From the human T2T-CHM13v2.0 reference genome, Homo sapiens, in the NCBI RefSeq assembly GCF_009914755.1, contig NC_060934.1: 64,000 nucleotides of DNA. One strand, given 5' to 3'. Numbering within the stretch: the first letter of the stretch is position 1; each line of letters starts with the position of its first letter. The position numbers were made by a program, and so were the translations under genes. Positions 41,831-55,100 of this stretch are shown piece after piece. The notes beneath the pieces were generated by a model that searched no databases, was not told the DNA's origin, and saw nothing but the letters and a program-made list of their open reading frames with translations.

Positions 41831-43509
41831 TTTAAATTTTTTGTAAAAGAATATTGTTGAAAAGGGGGTTGAGAAATATCTATTCCAATTTATTTGGTTT
41901 AAAGAACTGTATATGAGAAAATAACAACATTAGGCATCTCTTCAGGCAGGGTGGAAGTGAGGACTAAACACAAAAGAGTCACTCTCTTTGTGGGTGGGGA
42001 GCAGGACTTTCACTATATAATAGTTTTGTTCAAATTTTTGCACCACATGAATATATAATATAATCAAATAGTTTAACAATCAAAACAGATTTAACCTAAT
42101 GAATTTTTTTAAATATATGTAACTGAGATCAGAAAAAAAAAACATACTCAAAAAAGCATTGGTGGTCTCATTAGTTAGCCAGATGGTCTAGTTAGAAGCC
42201 ATGCACTGAAGAGACTTGGGTTTGTGTCCCAACCTAGGCACAACACCTCCACGTTCTTAACTACGATGCCCTTGCCTGCTGGAGGAAATGGTTGGTGTAA
42301 GGCCTTTGCTGCTCCAAGAGAAGACTACAAAGATAAGCAAGCAGCTCTTGATGTTATGGGCCCAGGAATAAGCACTTCACCTATGCAATGTCAAATAAAA
42401 ATTAATCCTAAAAACAACCCTTTTTATAAGGGACAGAAGTGAGGCTCAGATCAATTTCATGCTTTCCACAACAAAGAACGTAGAGCAGACAATTGATAGC
42501 AGAGAAAAATATAAAAGGTTACTAAATAAATATGAAATACTCTCCCACCTTCTCCACTTAGGAGAAAAATAGAAACACACGCAAGACAGTGCCAGGGTCC
42601 TGGCTGGGGCAGAGCTGAGGTCACCTCTCCAGGGAAGTGGCAAGAACTGGGGTGGCCTGTGTTGAGACCTCCACATAGCCAGCAGCCGAGGGGAGGCAGC
42701 AGAAGGGGAGATCACTGCTTGGAAGCCACACCTTAGAATGGAGGACTCTACCAAGCGCAGCGACCGCAGCCCTAACTCAGATTGTCAAGCCTCTATGTCA
42801 ACAAGCAAATGCTACCGGTGATCCAGGTGCCCAACATCCTCTGCCAACGCAGAGGAGGTTGGCCTGCAAGGGCACTGGCTCTCTGAACTGAGTAAAGTGA
42901 GGCAGGGATGAAGCTAACAGCCATGTTCTGGCATAGTCCTCAAATCTCTGCTGTGTCCACTGAATCTCAAGTCTGCTAGTCCTTGTGTGGCTTGCTCACT
43001 AGCCAAGCTTTCTGGGGACACAGGGAGGCAGAAAGCAGACCACAGTGAGAGGCTAGCAAAGAAATGCATTTGCTACCTATAGCTACAACAAACTGTGGTA
43101 TTGGCAGCTGAAATCATTATCTGGATAAAAACAAACAGCAAATTTGACAATAAAATGCATTCCTTCCCAATGTAATGGGAAAGGGTCCTATATCAGCACA
43201 AACCTCCACCTTCCTCTCTAATTCTCCAACCTAATGTATAATTACAGCTGGGCACCTTCTCCTCTGGCCTACCAACCATGCCCTCTGCCCTAATAAGTGG
43301 GCATCTAAATCAGGGAGGTGGGGATGTTCCCAGAATTAGCAGTGGGCAAAGGCCAATGCTACAAAAACCTGGGGTCCACTCTCTCCCCTGGGCCCTCCTT
43401 TCTCCCAGCCTGTAATATTTCCAGAAGAGCTTTGCCTACCTCCAGCCTACTGTCCACTCAACAAATCCATTCATATCTTCTAGGAGTCCCCATAATGCCT
43501 GTCAACTTT

Positions 43510-43666
43510 GCTGAACATTGGTATCCTTGGAAGACTTTAAAATAGACTGATGCCTGGCTCCCACACCTGGGCTTATGATGTAAGTAGAATGGGGTAGGAC
43601 CTGGGCACTGGGATTTTTAAGAGCTTCCAGGTGATTCTAACATACAGCAAGGACTGGAGACCCATG
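43510..43666. mobile_element. MER5A-like MITE
   Basis: ACTGATGCCTGGCTCCCAC..CTGGGCACTGGGATTTTTAAGAGCTTCCAGGTGATTCTAACATACAGC. Confidence 0.75.
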
Positions 43667-43834
43667 TCATATTGTTGTCTTGTTTTGTTTCTTTGAAGTT
43701 CTCATCATGTGTCTTCATAGAAATTACAATCTAATGGAGAAAACAGCCATGATTTCATGTAAAAGGAAATTGCCAATTTACTTGCTTTTTGCCTACTAAA
43801 GAGACTTCTCAACTGGTCATAGCTCAGGATAGGA

Positions 43835-43933
43835 GGATGAACTGACCATGGGACTCTCCCAGTTTTCGCAGTGAAAGTCCTACCTCCCAGGAAATTCCTT
43901 AGTCCTGGGCAAATGAGGAATGTTGGTTACCAC
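43835..43933. mobile_element. MER94-like hAT MITE
   Basis: GGGACTCTCCCAGTTTTCGCAGTGAAAGTCC..CCCAGGAAATTCCTTAGTCCTGGGCAAA..GTTGGTTACC. Confidence 0.65.
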
Positions 43934-44865
43934 AGCCAAGGACACAACATCACTCAGCAGTGATAGACAGGCATTCAGCAATCATCAGACACTCTTGTAT
44001 GCAGAAATTTAGTCCTAATTAAAACTAGGGGGATGATATTGAGGAAAGAATAAATCCACACCCCAAATGTATTTCTGTACATGGTCTATCATCTCAAGAC
44101 TCATTAATTAACAATTCTTGGGCATCTTGGTGTCAGGTTCTGTTGTCCATGGGATCTGTTGGAAGACACTATGTTCTGTTGTGGAATTCAAGAGATAAAT
44201 AAAAGATGAAGCTGGAATCAATGGGACTAGAACTACATGGACGAGAAAAGGGGTTCTGAGGAGCACACACAGGGAGCATTGGCACTGGCCCTGGAGGGGC
44301 TCTGGAAGTGTCAGAGCAGCTGTGAGAGCTCAGGGGCATGAGATGAACCCGTGTCTGGCACACCTGCTAGACAAGCAGAAACTCCAGTGGGAATCATGAT
44401 GGGGACCAGGGCCATGCAGTGACAAGGTGAGGAACAGGTGGCTCAGCAAGGTAAGAGGTAGGCCAGAGCAGGGGTTGGGAGGTGGGGACAGCATTGAATG
44501 AAGTGTCACTGGGAATGAAATGCCACTCCAGGGCTAGGTTGTCAGGAACCATGTGGTATTCACCCCCAAAAAATAATTCATTGTGCTTCCCTTTTCTGCT
44601 CATCATTATAGCGCCCCAGGATAGTGTGATAAGCAAAAAGATACAGTTCCTGACCTCGGAAAACTCACTTTCTAGTGCATGGGAAGAGGAAAAAACAAAA
44701 CAATTTCAGGGCAAGGAGACAAGTTTGACCTGTGTGCTGTGCTGATGATTTGTATTTTAACTTACACTCAACAGAAAACCAAGAATTCCCAGCAGTAAAA
44801 ACAACATAGCAAGGTGTTTTAGAGAAACTTCTGAGACAGAAAAAGTATACAAAAAGCCTTCAAAG

Positions 44866-45011
44866 CTTCTGAGCCAGCTTCCTGAACACCCAGCCTGGAG
44901 GCAGATAGTACAGGTCAGACCCTATTTCCAGTCTGCCATGCTGTGGGATCCTGGGTGAGCTATGCCTCCCTTCTGCAAAATGGGGCCAATATCAGTGCTT
45001 AATCATGGAAG
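44866..45011 (+). repeat. 146-bp local duplication, copy 1 (probable acceptor)
   Basis: 141/146 identical to 46769-46914, no gaps. Confidence 0.95.
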
Positions 45012-46559
45012 ACCAGACAGATATAGCTGGGAAGAGTGTGGAATAAAGACAGCATCTCCAGGAAATAATAATATTTAGAGGAGGATGAAGGAGAAGAAAG
45101 CAGCTATGAAGTCTGAGAAGCAGCCAAGCCTTTAAACAAAAAACAGTTCTGGAAATGATTTAAGTTGTCATTTTTCAAAATGTCTTCAGTGAAGTTAAAT
45201 ACTTTTATTTCTTCATGCTGTTCATGCAACCAAGCTGCTGTTGGAGAAAAGTTGGGTGAAAAAGCTCTGCTGCCTGTCAAGGAAGGAAAATGTAGCTCGG
45301 AAGCCCCGGCCCAGGAGGACCTTGTCGAATTTGCTGCTGTTTCTCAGTCTACGAAGGCCTCCAGGCAAACACATAAAGCACATCAAATGGGAACAAGACT
45401 CAATTTTTGTTCCCCTGCTTCACTCTACTGGAAAAATCCAAAACCTGCCTTAGGAGAGTGAAATCTCTCTAACTTGATGGGAGTCTTCTCAGTTCTCCTG
45501 CCAGGGTTTCATCCCTACCATGTAGTGTAGGCATCAGATGCTCACTGAGTACCCACTGGCTACTGCATGCCAGGCCCTGTGCTCCCAGCAGACATCACCA
45601 CTCCCAGATGTTTCAGAAGGACAGACACCCAGGTAACGATAGACTCCTTTGCAAATCAGAAAGGACAGGCTCAACTGATCCTCTCCCGGCCCAGGCTGGG
45701 CTTTTCTGTTTTAATCAAAATATGTTGAATACCAGAAAGATTGGACAGCATTTGACAGCATTATCCACTCTACAAGCAGAAATGTGACGAGGTTAATTAC
45801 ATCATCTAAAGAGGTCCTAACTGCCCCTTCCAGGCATGTTCTATGAGCTTGCCCCTGAATGAGCAGTCACTAATACCTCCTAATCTCACACAACAGGCAC
45901 TGGCAATGCAGCCCTGTGGAGATGAAGACGGAAAGGGAAAAGGAAAGTTACACATGGAAATGATGGGTGCTTTCTACGAAGGCACCATGTGCAGGGAAGC
46001 AGTCCTTTGCATTTGGACCTGGTTGGCTTTGCATGCTAGCAGAGTCTGTGGGATGTTGGAAAGATGCCTGCCGGAGAAAGGGAAGGGGTAAATGACTAGG
46101 GCAGGTGCAGCACCATGCAGATTCTCCATCCCATCTTCTTTCCAGGCACTAGCCCATGTCATGTGCTCCCTTAAGGCTCAGCAGTGCCAAGTCAAGATTG
46201 GATGAAATAAAAGGGGCAGAGCAGCTCTACCTCGCACCATGCTTGGCATTGGGAGGACATCTTGAGATCGTTGTCTAATCCCAGCCCTAGAGCATCAGAG
46301 CAAATTTACCAGAGAGGAGAGGAGGATCTGCGAGGCCACTGTCCACTCAGAGCCTTGCTGCCATGGGCACTGCAGTCCAGATAGACCAGAACCACAGCCA
46401 TCAGCAGCTGGGATTCAGAACATGCCCAGATGCAATGGCCACCACATCCCCCACAGATTTACAAACCCAGGCCTACCTGGAGGAGGTAGAGGAGGAAGTG
46501 GGGCTGGAGTGAGAAGAACTGGTATAATCTGGTGTTACAGAGAGCCCTGTTTCTCATCC

Positions 46560-47020
46560 TGCACCACGGGGCAGAAGTCCTGTTTCTCCTAATTACTATT
46601 CTGTGACCTTGAGCACATTACTTAACCTCACTCAGCCTCAGCTCCCCCATCACTAGGATGTGGATGATAATCCCTCCTATGGGGCTGCTGCTTACCAGTA
46701 CTGAGCCGATGTTTTCGAAATGCCTGGCACACCATGGGCCTCATACAAGGTTAGTTATGACAATGGCACTTCTGAGCCAGCTTCCTGAACACCCAGCCTG
46801 GAGGCAGATAGTACAGGTCAGACCCTATTTCCACTCTGCCATGCTGTGGGATCCTGGGTGAGCTACGCCTCCCTTCTGTAAAATGGGGTCAATATCAATG
46901 CTTAATCATGGAAGTCAAGTCACAGTGGTGTTCTGAGGATTAAATTAGGCATTTGATGCAAAGCCATTCAAAAACTTCCTGGCACATAGTGTTTTATAAA
47001 TAGTTGTTGCTATTATAATT
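46560..47020 (+). mobile_element. Two adjacent MIR relics
   Basis: CTGTGACCTTGAGCACATTACTTAACCTCACTCAGCCTCAG and CTGTAAAATGGGG..TGAGGATTAAATTAG..CCTGGCACATAGT. Confidence 0.7.
46769..46914 (+). repeat. 146-bp local duplication, copy 2 (probable donor)
   Basis: Matches 44866-45011. The MIR homology continues past its right end. Confidence 0.95.
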
Positions 47021-48499
47021 GCACAAGTGTGGTCTTGTAAAGAGAGACCAGAAAATGCCCTGCTTGGCCCAGGGGTGTGTCCATGGTGAACACCAGAGTG
47101 CTTGGAAACCCAGTTTCCAAAGGAGGGCCAAGCAGCCACTGGGCTCAGGAGCCCACTCCTGGGAAGGAATGATTTTCTCTATTACATGAAGTTTCCTCCA
47201 ATCTCTACAGAGTTTTGGAGGGCTCGCCTGATCTCCCCAACCAGAAGGGGAAATGAAGTAGGTGCTTCTAGGATTAAAAGCTGGCATTTGAATCTCTGCT
47301 CACAGATGGAAAGTAAAAGTAGCAGAACCCAATTTTAAAAAATCAATATCAAATTAAGGATAATTTTTCCTCTGCTAGAAGGAGACTAAAGCTAATTCCC
47401 CTGGACTTCTGAGTCATAATATCATTTGGGGAAGAACATTTCCCTTCAAATATTGAGACATCTCTGCGTGCTCCCACTATGCCACATAAGCATGATTAGC
47501 TCCATCAGAAATTAATCCTTTGTTCCCTGAAATCCATATAGTTACTTTTTTGTAGTATGTCTCTGACAAATGAATAATCTACTTTTGTAAAATACAACAT
47601 TATTGATTACATGAGCTGCAGTATAGCAGTGGCTGGCCAGTTGCAAACGTGGTGGTTGAGATGATAAAATGCCTGTGTGATGCTGGAGCGTAGGTAACAA
47701 GTGGGTGACTGAGGGTCAAACTTTCAGACCACAGCATGTGACTCAGGAAATGCTAACTCATTCCCTCAAGCCTCCTGAGTAAAATCTGTATTTAAAGAGC
47801 ATCTACTACATGGCTGGCCTCATGTTGGGCATTTTACACAGAGGACAGTGTTATATAAGCCTGTGAAGTAAGTATCATGGCCTTCAATTTCCAATGAAGA
47901 AAGAGAGATATATTGTACATTTGAAAAAAAAAAAAACCAAAAACTAGTTCAAGATCACACAGTCAGTAACTTGCTGGGCCTGGATTTATACACAAAAATG
48001 TCTGGGCTTAGAATCCATCATCTTAATCACTAGGCCCTGACAAGCTCTTCCAGACCTCAATGGTTATTTAGGAGGCCAGGAATTCTCAACAGTTTAACAT
48101 TGGTTTGATCTATTTTTGTTAGTCTTTTTTGTCAAAATTAATCTTCCTAAAGGCAAAAAATTTAAAGTTTAATTACAATAAATCCAAATTAATGTTCTCA
48201 TAATAATTTCATAACATTTTTAAAATGTTTACAAAGCCAGCCAGGTCTGGGAGCTACTGCAATTAGCCCAAAATCACAATAACAGCAATAATACCAATTA
48301 CGACACTTAACAACTGACCCTCAGACAAGAAATGTGAGTGCACATGCACACACACACACACACACGCACTTACACAGTAATCAGAATCCACATTGTAACA
48401 TCATGCAAGGAAATGTTTGGAAAATTGACAATCAATGCCTTTTATGAGATCTCTGTAGGACGGGCAGTATCATTGTCTACTGACAGCTTGAAAACAGAA

Positions 48500-48930
48500 T
48501 TTCTTCATTCATTCAACAAATGTTTATTGAGCATGCCAGGCCCTGTTCTAAACCTTGGGGACCCAGCAATTAAAAAAACAAGTAAAAATCACTGCTGTCT
48601 TATATGTTACAATTTAGTGAAGGTAGTCTAATACAGGTGTTATATGGGATGAGCAATGGGAAGTGTTAGAGTTGAAATGTTAAGTGAACAAAAGAATCTC
48701 ATTGAAGAAGAGTTATTTGAGTAAAAACCTTGAAAGATTGGGGGCAGTAAGGCAAATGAGTATCAGGGGAAGGGCATTCTGGGCTGAGGGAGCAGCGAGT
48801 GCAAAGGCCCTGACGTAGATGCATGCCTGGTGGGCATAAAATGAGTGCAATACTGCCAGGGCAGCTGCTGTGGAGCCAGGGATGTCACAGGGGACTGGGT
48901 CACATGGGCCTCAGAGACTATTCTAGAAAA
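48500..48930 (-). mobile_element. L2 3' fragment
   Basis: TTCATTCATTCAACAAATGTTTATTGAGCA.. and GAGGGAGCAGCGAGTGCAAAGGCCCTGA. Confidence 0.8.
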
Positions 48931-50399
48931 GATTCAAGTACAAATTAGTGTACGTGCACGTCTAAATCTTCTTCCAGGAGGAATTTTGGGCAGCTGACCC
49001 AGTTAATTGCAATAAAAGACACACATTGACATGGGATCAAAAGAAGAAAGAAAATGAATAAGGATGGAAATAAACTACAGCCAGAACGGCACTAGAAATG
49101 CCTAAAAAGATGATCTCTCCACGTCTCCAACAGCTGGGCCTCACTTTTCTTCTCAGCCTCCTAGGAGTCACAGTTGGCACAAACAGGGAAATGCTATTCA
49201 TCACCAAATGCACCATCCCCAGAGAATAAGTGCCAACAACTCAATCTGAGGGATTAAAACTGTTTTTGGCATTGTAATTAGAAAAGACTGTCTCCCGGGG
49301 GATCATATATCCAGACTCTGTGAAGCAAAGTGGACAACAGCATCGCTAGCAGCACCCTTGCAATGAAGGCGACAAGAAGCTTCCCAGACCCTGTTTCTTA
49401 GGTAAAGTGCAAGGTGCTCAAACCAGTTCTGCCAAGGGTGCAGAGAGGGCTGGGCATCTGAAGGCGCTACTCTCTGACAGAGAGACTGACCACACACAGG
49501 TTTATAATATCAAGAAGTGGGGCAAGACCTCTCATCCTTCATGTAATCCTCACCGAATGGAGTTCCTCGAATCTGATTTTATGGACAGAAAGATAGACAG
49601 TGAGCTCAGGACTGTCGTGGCATTGCCCAGAAACCCACTGAATATAGCTCTTGTGGTTGCCAGGGGAGGACTAACCTCTGAGGATTCACAGAAAATAAAC
49701 CAGAATGAAAATGACATACCTTTGTAGGAGCCAAGGATCTTGCTAAAAACACTTCTTCCTTGTGTCATGAGGTGAGCTGAGGATTACCACTGGTGGGAAC
49801 AGGGATCACTTTAGAAAACTGCCACGAGTCTGCTTCAGTGCACAGACAAATAGGCAATCAGGGACCTGCCCAAAACTCCCTCTCATCCAGCATGGCCAGA
49901 ATTGTTTTACTCCAAAAAAATATATAAAGCTGTTGTCACCAGAAGCTTACTTGAGCCAAAATAAAACCTCCCAAGAGTACCCAGAGAAGAGCATTCTTTG
50001 AGATAGCCTGGCCACTCCCAGGATGCTGCATGTCATGTGGGGGTTATTGGTTAGTTGAGGTTGGGAGATATCGCTGGCATCAGGGGGCCCAGGGCCTTTT
50101 AAGAACAAGAGCATGTAATGTTCAGCTTCTTCGTGATTTCCTAGGTGGGGCTGTGATGTAACCACTCTCCAACATGTCAAACCTTCAGCAAAATCTGCTA
50201 CAGATTAAAAAGGAGCTGGGGAACATCTTGCAAAGGAAATAATGTAAATATTAAGAAAACTGAAACATGAACCTTCTCTTGCAAGAATTATTTTGAGGTT
50301 CTAAACAGGAATCATCTAGCTCAAGATGTTAAAAGCATGCCAGATGTAAATTAAAGAACTTTTACTTTCAATAGTGGGGTCTTTGCTCATCTCTGAGGC

Positions 50400-51300
50400 T
50401 CTGACTACATAAACCAATCCTCAAGCCCATAAACACTCCACAGCATGCACCTCAGGTGTGTCCAGGAGGCTAATGGGTAGTACAGACCTCTAGACAGAGG
50501 ATCAGAGGCCACAGAGGACAATGGGTCAAGGGAGTTCTTCCTAGGGGACAGAACTAGAGTCTGTCCGGGGCACTCTGTCCACCGCCATGGCTAATGTGCT
50601 CATGGGGCTTCCCAGGAATTCAGCAACGCCCTGAATGATGGCCGTGCATCTCCCTTTCCCCCTTCTACCAAGTGGGATGCTTACTGCATTTATCCTGTCC
50701 CAATTCTAGGACCGTGTCTGGTGTGCTTTGGGAGCATGGACTGCAGACAACCGTGAGCATCAGTTTGCTTGTTTAAGCTCCTGAGTCACAGTACAGCAAG
50801 GAGCCCATCTTAAGCTGATGGAGTCCAGAAGTTCTGGGCTTTTGAATGGATCTAGAGGCTGGGTGGGATTTGAAGGTTGTCTGCTTTAAGGACGAGGTGT
50901 GCATGCTCTATGTGAGCGAAAATAAATGAAACATTTGGTAAACACAAGGGCTAACTATGGAATAGTGTTTTCACTGGTTATCAAGATTCCTTTTTTTTCT
51001 CTGAGCACACAATTGGACTGCATTTTCAGCCTCACTTTCCTGTCCCCATGGCCATGTGACTGAGTTCTGCTCAATGAGATGTGACAGGTGACACTTCTAA
51101 GTCTGGCTACACAATTGCAGAGGAGATCCCCGATGCTCTCCCTTGTATGTAGATAGCATAATGTCACCCAGCATGGCTTCTGAACCAGTCATTTGATCTG
51201 GGGCCTGGCCTGACTGAGAGGCGCATGCACATGCACACACTTGTGCACCCTAGCAATCAGGAACACTCATTTTGGATTTTACACGAATGAGAAATAAACT
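50400..51300 (+). mobile_element. MLT1-int 3' end plus adjacent MLT1(I/J)-like LTR (from ~50957)
   Basis: The internal part resembles 12130-12460. LTR motifs GGCCATGTGACTGAGTTCTG..AATGAGATGTGA and GAATGAGAAATAAACT. Confidence 0.55.
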
Positions 51301-51987
51301 GGAACGGGATGGAAATGCTTTTAAACTTACAGGCTAAATATTCAGGTAAGGAATTCACTATGCTGGTCTCTGAACACTCCAAACCTTCACTGAAATTCTG
51401 CTGTTGCAGCAGCCCTGTGTTAGAAGCTCCTTTACAAATCAAAGGAAAAGAGTTTGGTTCCACAGTGGTTCAGAGCAAAGCAGAGGAAACAGACCCACAG
51501 CAGGAAGCAAAATAATCATAAGATGAATTCCATGGACGCGGAAAGAGACAAGAAAAGTGGGGACTAGGAAGGGGCTTCCCTGAGAATGACCACAGCTCTG
51601 CCGTGGCAGGCTTTGGGTTCCCCTCCATAAGCTGGATGAAATCTCAAGCTGTTTTTAAATATTGAAGGGATCATGACTTCTGGAGTCTAAGGCTTCTAGG
51701 CTAGACTGAAATATCTGTCTCCTCCAGTCGCCAAGGACAGGCACTGACTTCCTTTTTCAGTGTTCCAGGGACCTAGTAAATTCAGTAAAGCAGCCTCATT
51801 GGACTTCATGGTGAAGCCCCGGTAATAAATGGTTTACACCCAACTTTACCACCACAGCCATCTCCACCCCCAGACTCCCAAACCTGAAATCAGGAACTTT
51901 ATGTGACTCAGGATAAAACCAAAGACAGATTGGCTCTCCTCCACCAGAAGAACAGGCAACAGCAGCCCAAAGTGCATTAAACAAATG

Positions 51988-52192
51988 CACACACACACAT
52001 ACCCCCACACCCACACACTACACACACCCCACAGACACACACACATCACACGCACACACCACATACACACACGTGTACATACCATACCCACACACTACAC
52101 AGACACACACACGTACACATACTATACACATACACATACACATGCACATACCACAGACACATACACACCATATACATACATATGCACACACA
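51988..52192. repeat. Imperfect (CA)n/(CATA)n low-complexity tract
   Basis: ~200 bp of interrupted CA repeats. Confidence 0.9.
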
Positions 52193-55100
52193 ATCTCTAG
52201 CCCAGCTACATCATGCTGTATAAAATGAATTTTTTTCATGATATTCCCCCAAGTAGTTATCTTTCCAAATTACAGAGGCAGTGAGACCTGATTCATGAAG
52301 GGAAAGCTGCCTGAATCAATAGCCAGCCTAAGTGACACGATATGATTTTAGTGTGATTTCTACATCATTCACCAAGCACTCATTAGGCACCAACCACACA
52401 CCAGACACTGCACTTGGCATCTGAGAAACTGGGCGCTGAGGGCATGATCCCTGTTCCCAAAAGGGTTTGTAGCAGCTGCCATGCTGGCTCTAGGATTCAA
52501 GATAACCTGTTCCGAGGGAAGTCACTAAACTCTAGCATTGATGTGACAACCCCTGCTCTTTCCTGGTTGCTCAGTGGTCCACCCCCTGCAGGCATGCCGG
52601 ACTCCACAGGGCAGCAGGGTGCCTCAGGAGGGCAGCAAAGGGCTGGAGAGGAGCACATTGGAACCACGTGGGCCCGCAAGGCATAGCTTTCTCCCCGACA
52701 TCCCTCCCACCCTGCTGCCTCACCCAGGGGCTTATTTCTATTGGCAATCTCAGTAGTGCACATCCACATTTAGATAAGCGGCACTAAAATAAAATGGACT
52801 GTAATTATTGTTATAGATTACAGTAATTACAGATGGGAAAGGGCCGATTAGATTAGCATGCCCCACCCCCCGCCAGGACCCGGCTGATAGGAAGGAGATT
52901 TGTGCAGAAGGCAATGAACCTGCTGCGAGTGTTGGGTGTCACTATGGCCTCCCAGGGCCCAGGCTGCAAAGGGCAGGGCGTGGAGGAGGGGTGGTGGGAG
53001 GGAGAAGCTTTCAACCTGAAAATAAACCAGCCATTAAGAAATGGGGCCTCTCTCCAGCCTGCCTGGAGGTCACACCTGTGAGAGCTGGGGGCAGAGCCAT
53101 GGCTGGGGCTTGCCCCAGGGCTCCCCCTCTGCCTCCCAGCTGCCATCCACCATCTCCCATCAATGCCTTGCAGCCCTGGTTAGAGCACAGCACCCATGGA
53201 AGACGACTGTGACATTGAGTGAGTTACTTATACACTCTCTGAGCCTTGTTCCCATTGGTAGCTGAAGAGACCATTCCCATTCATGCAGTGTGGTGGTGAG
53301 ATCACAGACATAGTGAATCCAGGACAGTCCTGGAAGGGTTTGGTAAATGTGCCTGCCCCTGCCCTGGCCACTCCCAGGTATCCAGTTGGGCCTACTGGTG
53401 CTGACATCCTCATTGCCTGGATCTGAACACTCTGTCCTCAGGTCCATCTTGGCCATGCACTCTGCTTTTTCCTCTGAGTCTGCTGTCCACCTGGACCCAG
53501 TTCATAAGAGGTCCTGTGGGTGAAGCTAGCGGCCTGAGTAGCTCCTGCCATGTCCTGGGGCTGGGCACCCACCTCCCTGCTGGATTTGAAAAATGTAGGC
53601 CTCATTCCTCTCACTCATCCCTCCCACAGGAACTGGAGCTCTGCTTTGAATCCTGGGAGGGAACAACAAGGGGCTGATGTCGTGGGTGTCTCCTGCCCAG
53701 CCAGCTCCATTTCCCTTCCAAGAGCCTGCCCAGCTCTGTGACATCCACTGCTTCTGAGACACACAGGACCACCCACTCGTGTGGACCACAGTGGAGCCAG
53801 GTAAATCCTCAGCTCAGCACACTGCCCAGTTGCATCCCCACCATCACCCAGCCGGCCTAAATGGGTGGGTCTGCTGCCAAGCCCACCCCGCCTTGCCCCT
53901 CTCTGCTGCTGTGCCCTGCTGTCATCTGACAGCCAGGGGCCCCCACACCACCAGCCACTCCCTCTCTCCGGTTTCTTTCTACTCCCGATGCTTCTGCTCC
54001 TGGGACTGAGAAGGTCCCCAGTGGCTCACAGAATCCATTTCCAAATCCCTCCCCAGGGTCTGGCCCTGGTTCCGCTCTTTGCTCTTGTCTCCTGTTACCC
54101 CTGCAAAATACTGAGCACATCACAAGGATCTGCTAACTCATCGGTCACCCTCTGGAGACTATAAACTTCACAAAAAAAAAAAGAAAAGAAAAGAAAAAGA
54201 AGTTATTTTGCCTTTTAATTACCCCTTAGCAGAATGTCTGACACACAGCAGACACCAATTAAGAGCTGATGAATGAGGGGGAAAAAAAATCAGGAATTAT
54301 TGACTGCCTAGATGCTTGCCAGCCTTTTCCTTTCATGGTTTGCTCTTTCTCTGTGGGAGAAACTTTTCTTATAAAACATGGCCAAGGCAGGGAGGCGCAG
54401 TGAGCCTGGCCAGAAGAGGCTCACGGTTGTCCGCAGTCCATGCTCCCAAAGCACACTTTGGAAGCCCCTCTATTCCTACTTAGCACTTAATTATTATGTT
54501 TAGGTGTGTTCTTTCTTATGGTCTTGTCTCCCCTAAAGAGTGGGGTCCCCATTAAAGCAGGGATGAGTCTGTCTGCCCACGGTCTTATCTGTAACATCAA
54601 CCAATGTGGCTGGCCCACAGTGGGGCCAGTGAAGTTTTCTTGGCCAACCTCATGAATTTACTCCACAGTGACAGGCAAACCCTAATTGTCCCACACATAA
54701 GTCATTACCCACAGACTTTTTCAGGCCTGAGTAGAGGTCTGGGAAGTCTCGTCATCTTCTGGGTCACTGATTTATTCTTCCGTTAGGAAAGTCTTGCACT
54801 GTGAAATGGGACCTGTTTGCCTCCTCACTGTGGCTAGTTGGAGGTGCACAGGCACATATGGAGTGTCTGGAGCTGACCTCTAGCAACTAATCAAGTCCTT
54901 CGCAGATGAGTTGCTGAGCACCAGACTGCACCAGCCAGGAGGGCTTTCAGCTGCTTTGGAGATGTCAGCCCAAGTTAGGACTTGGCTGAGAAATAAAACT
55001 AAGCTAGAGAACTCGGGGTCAGTGGGAGGTAGGGTGGGTACATGCATTTGTATACTTAGCTTTCCACCAGTTTCATCTTGCATCTCTGCCCTCATTTTCT

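Noticed and set aside
51796-52239. His/Thr-rich and Cys/Val-rich ORFs
   Set aside because: Translations of the CA-repeat tract.
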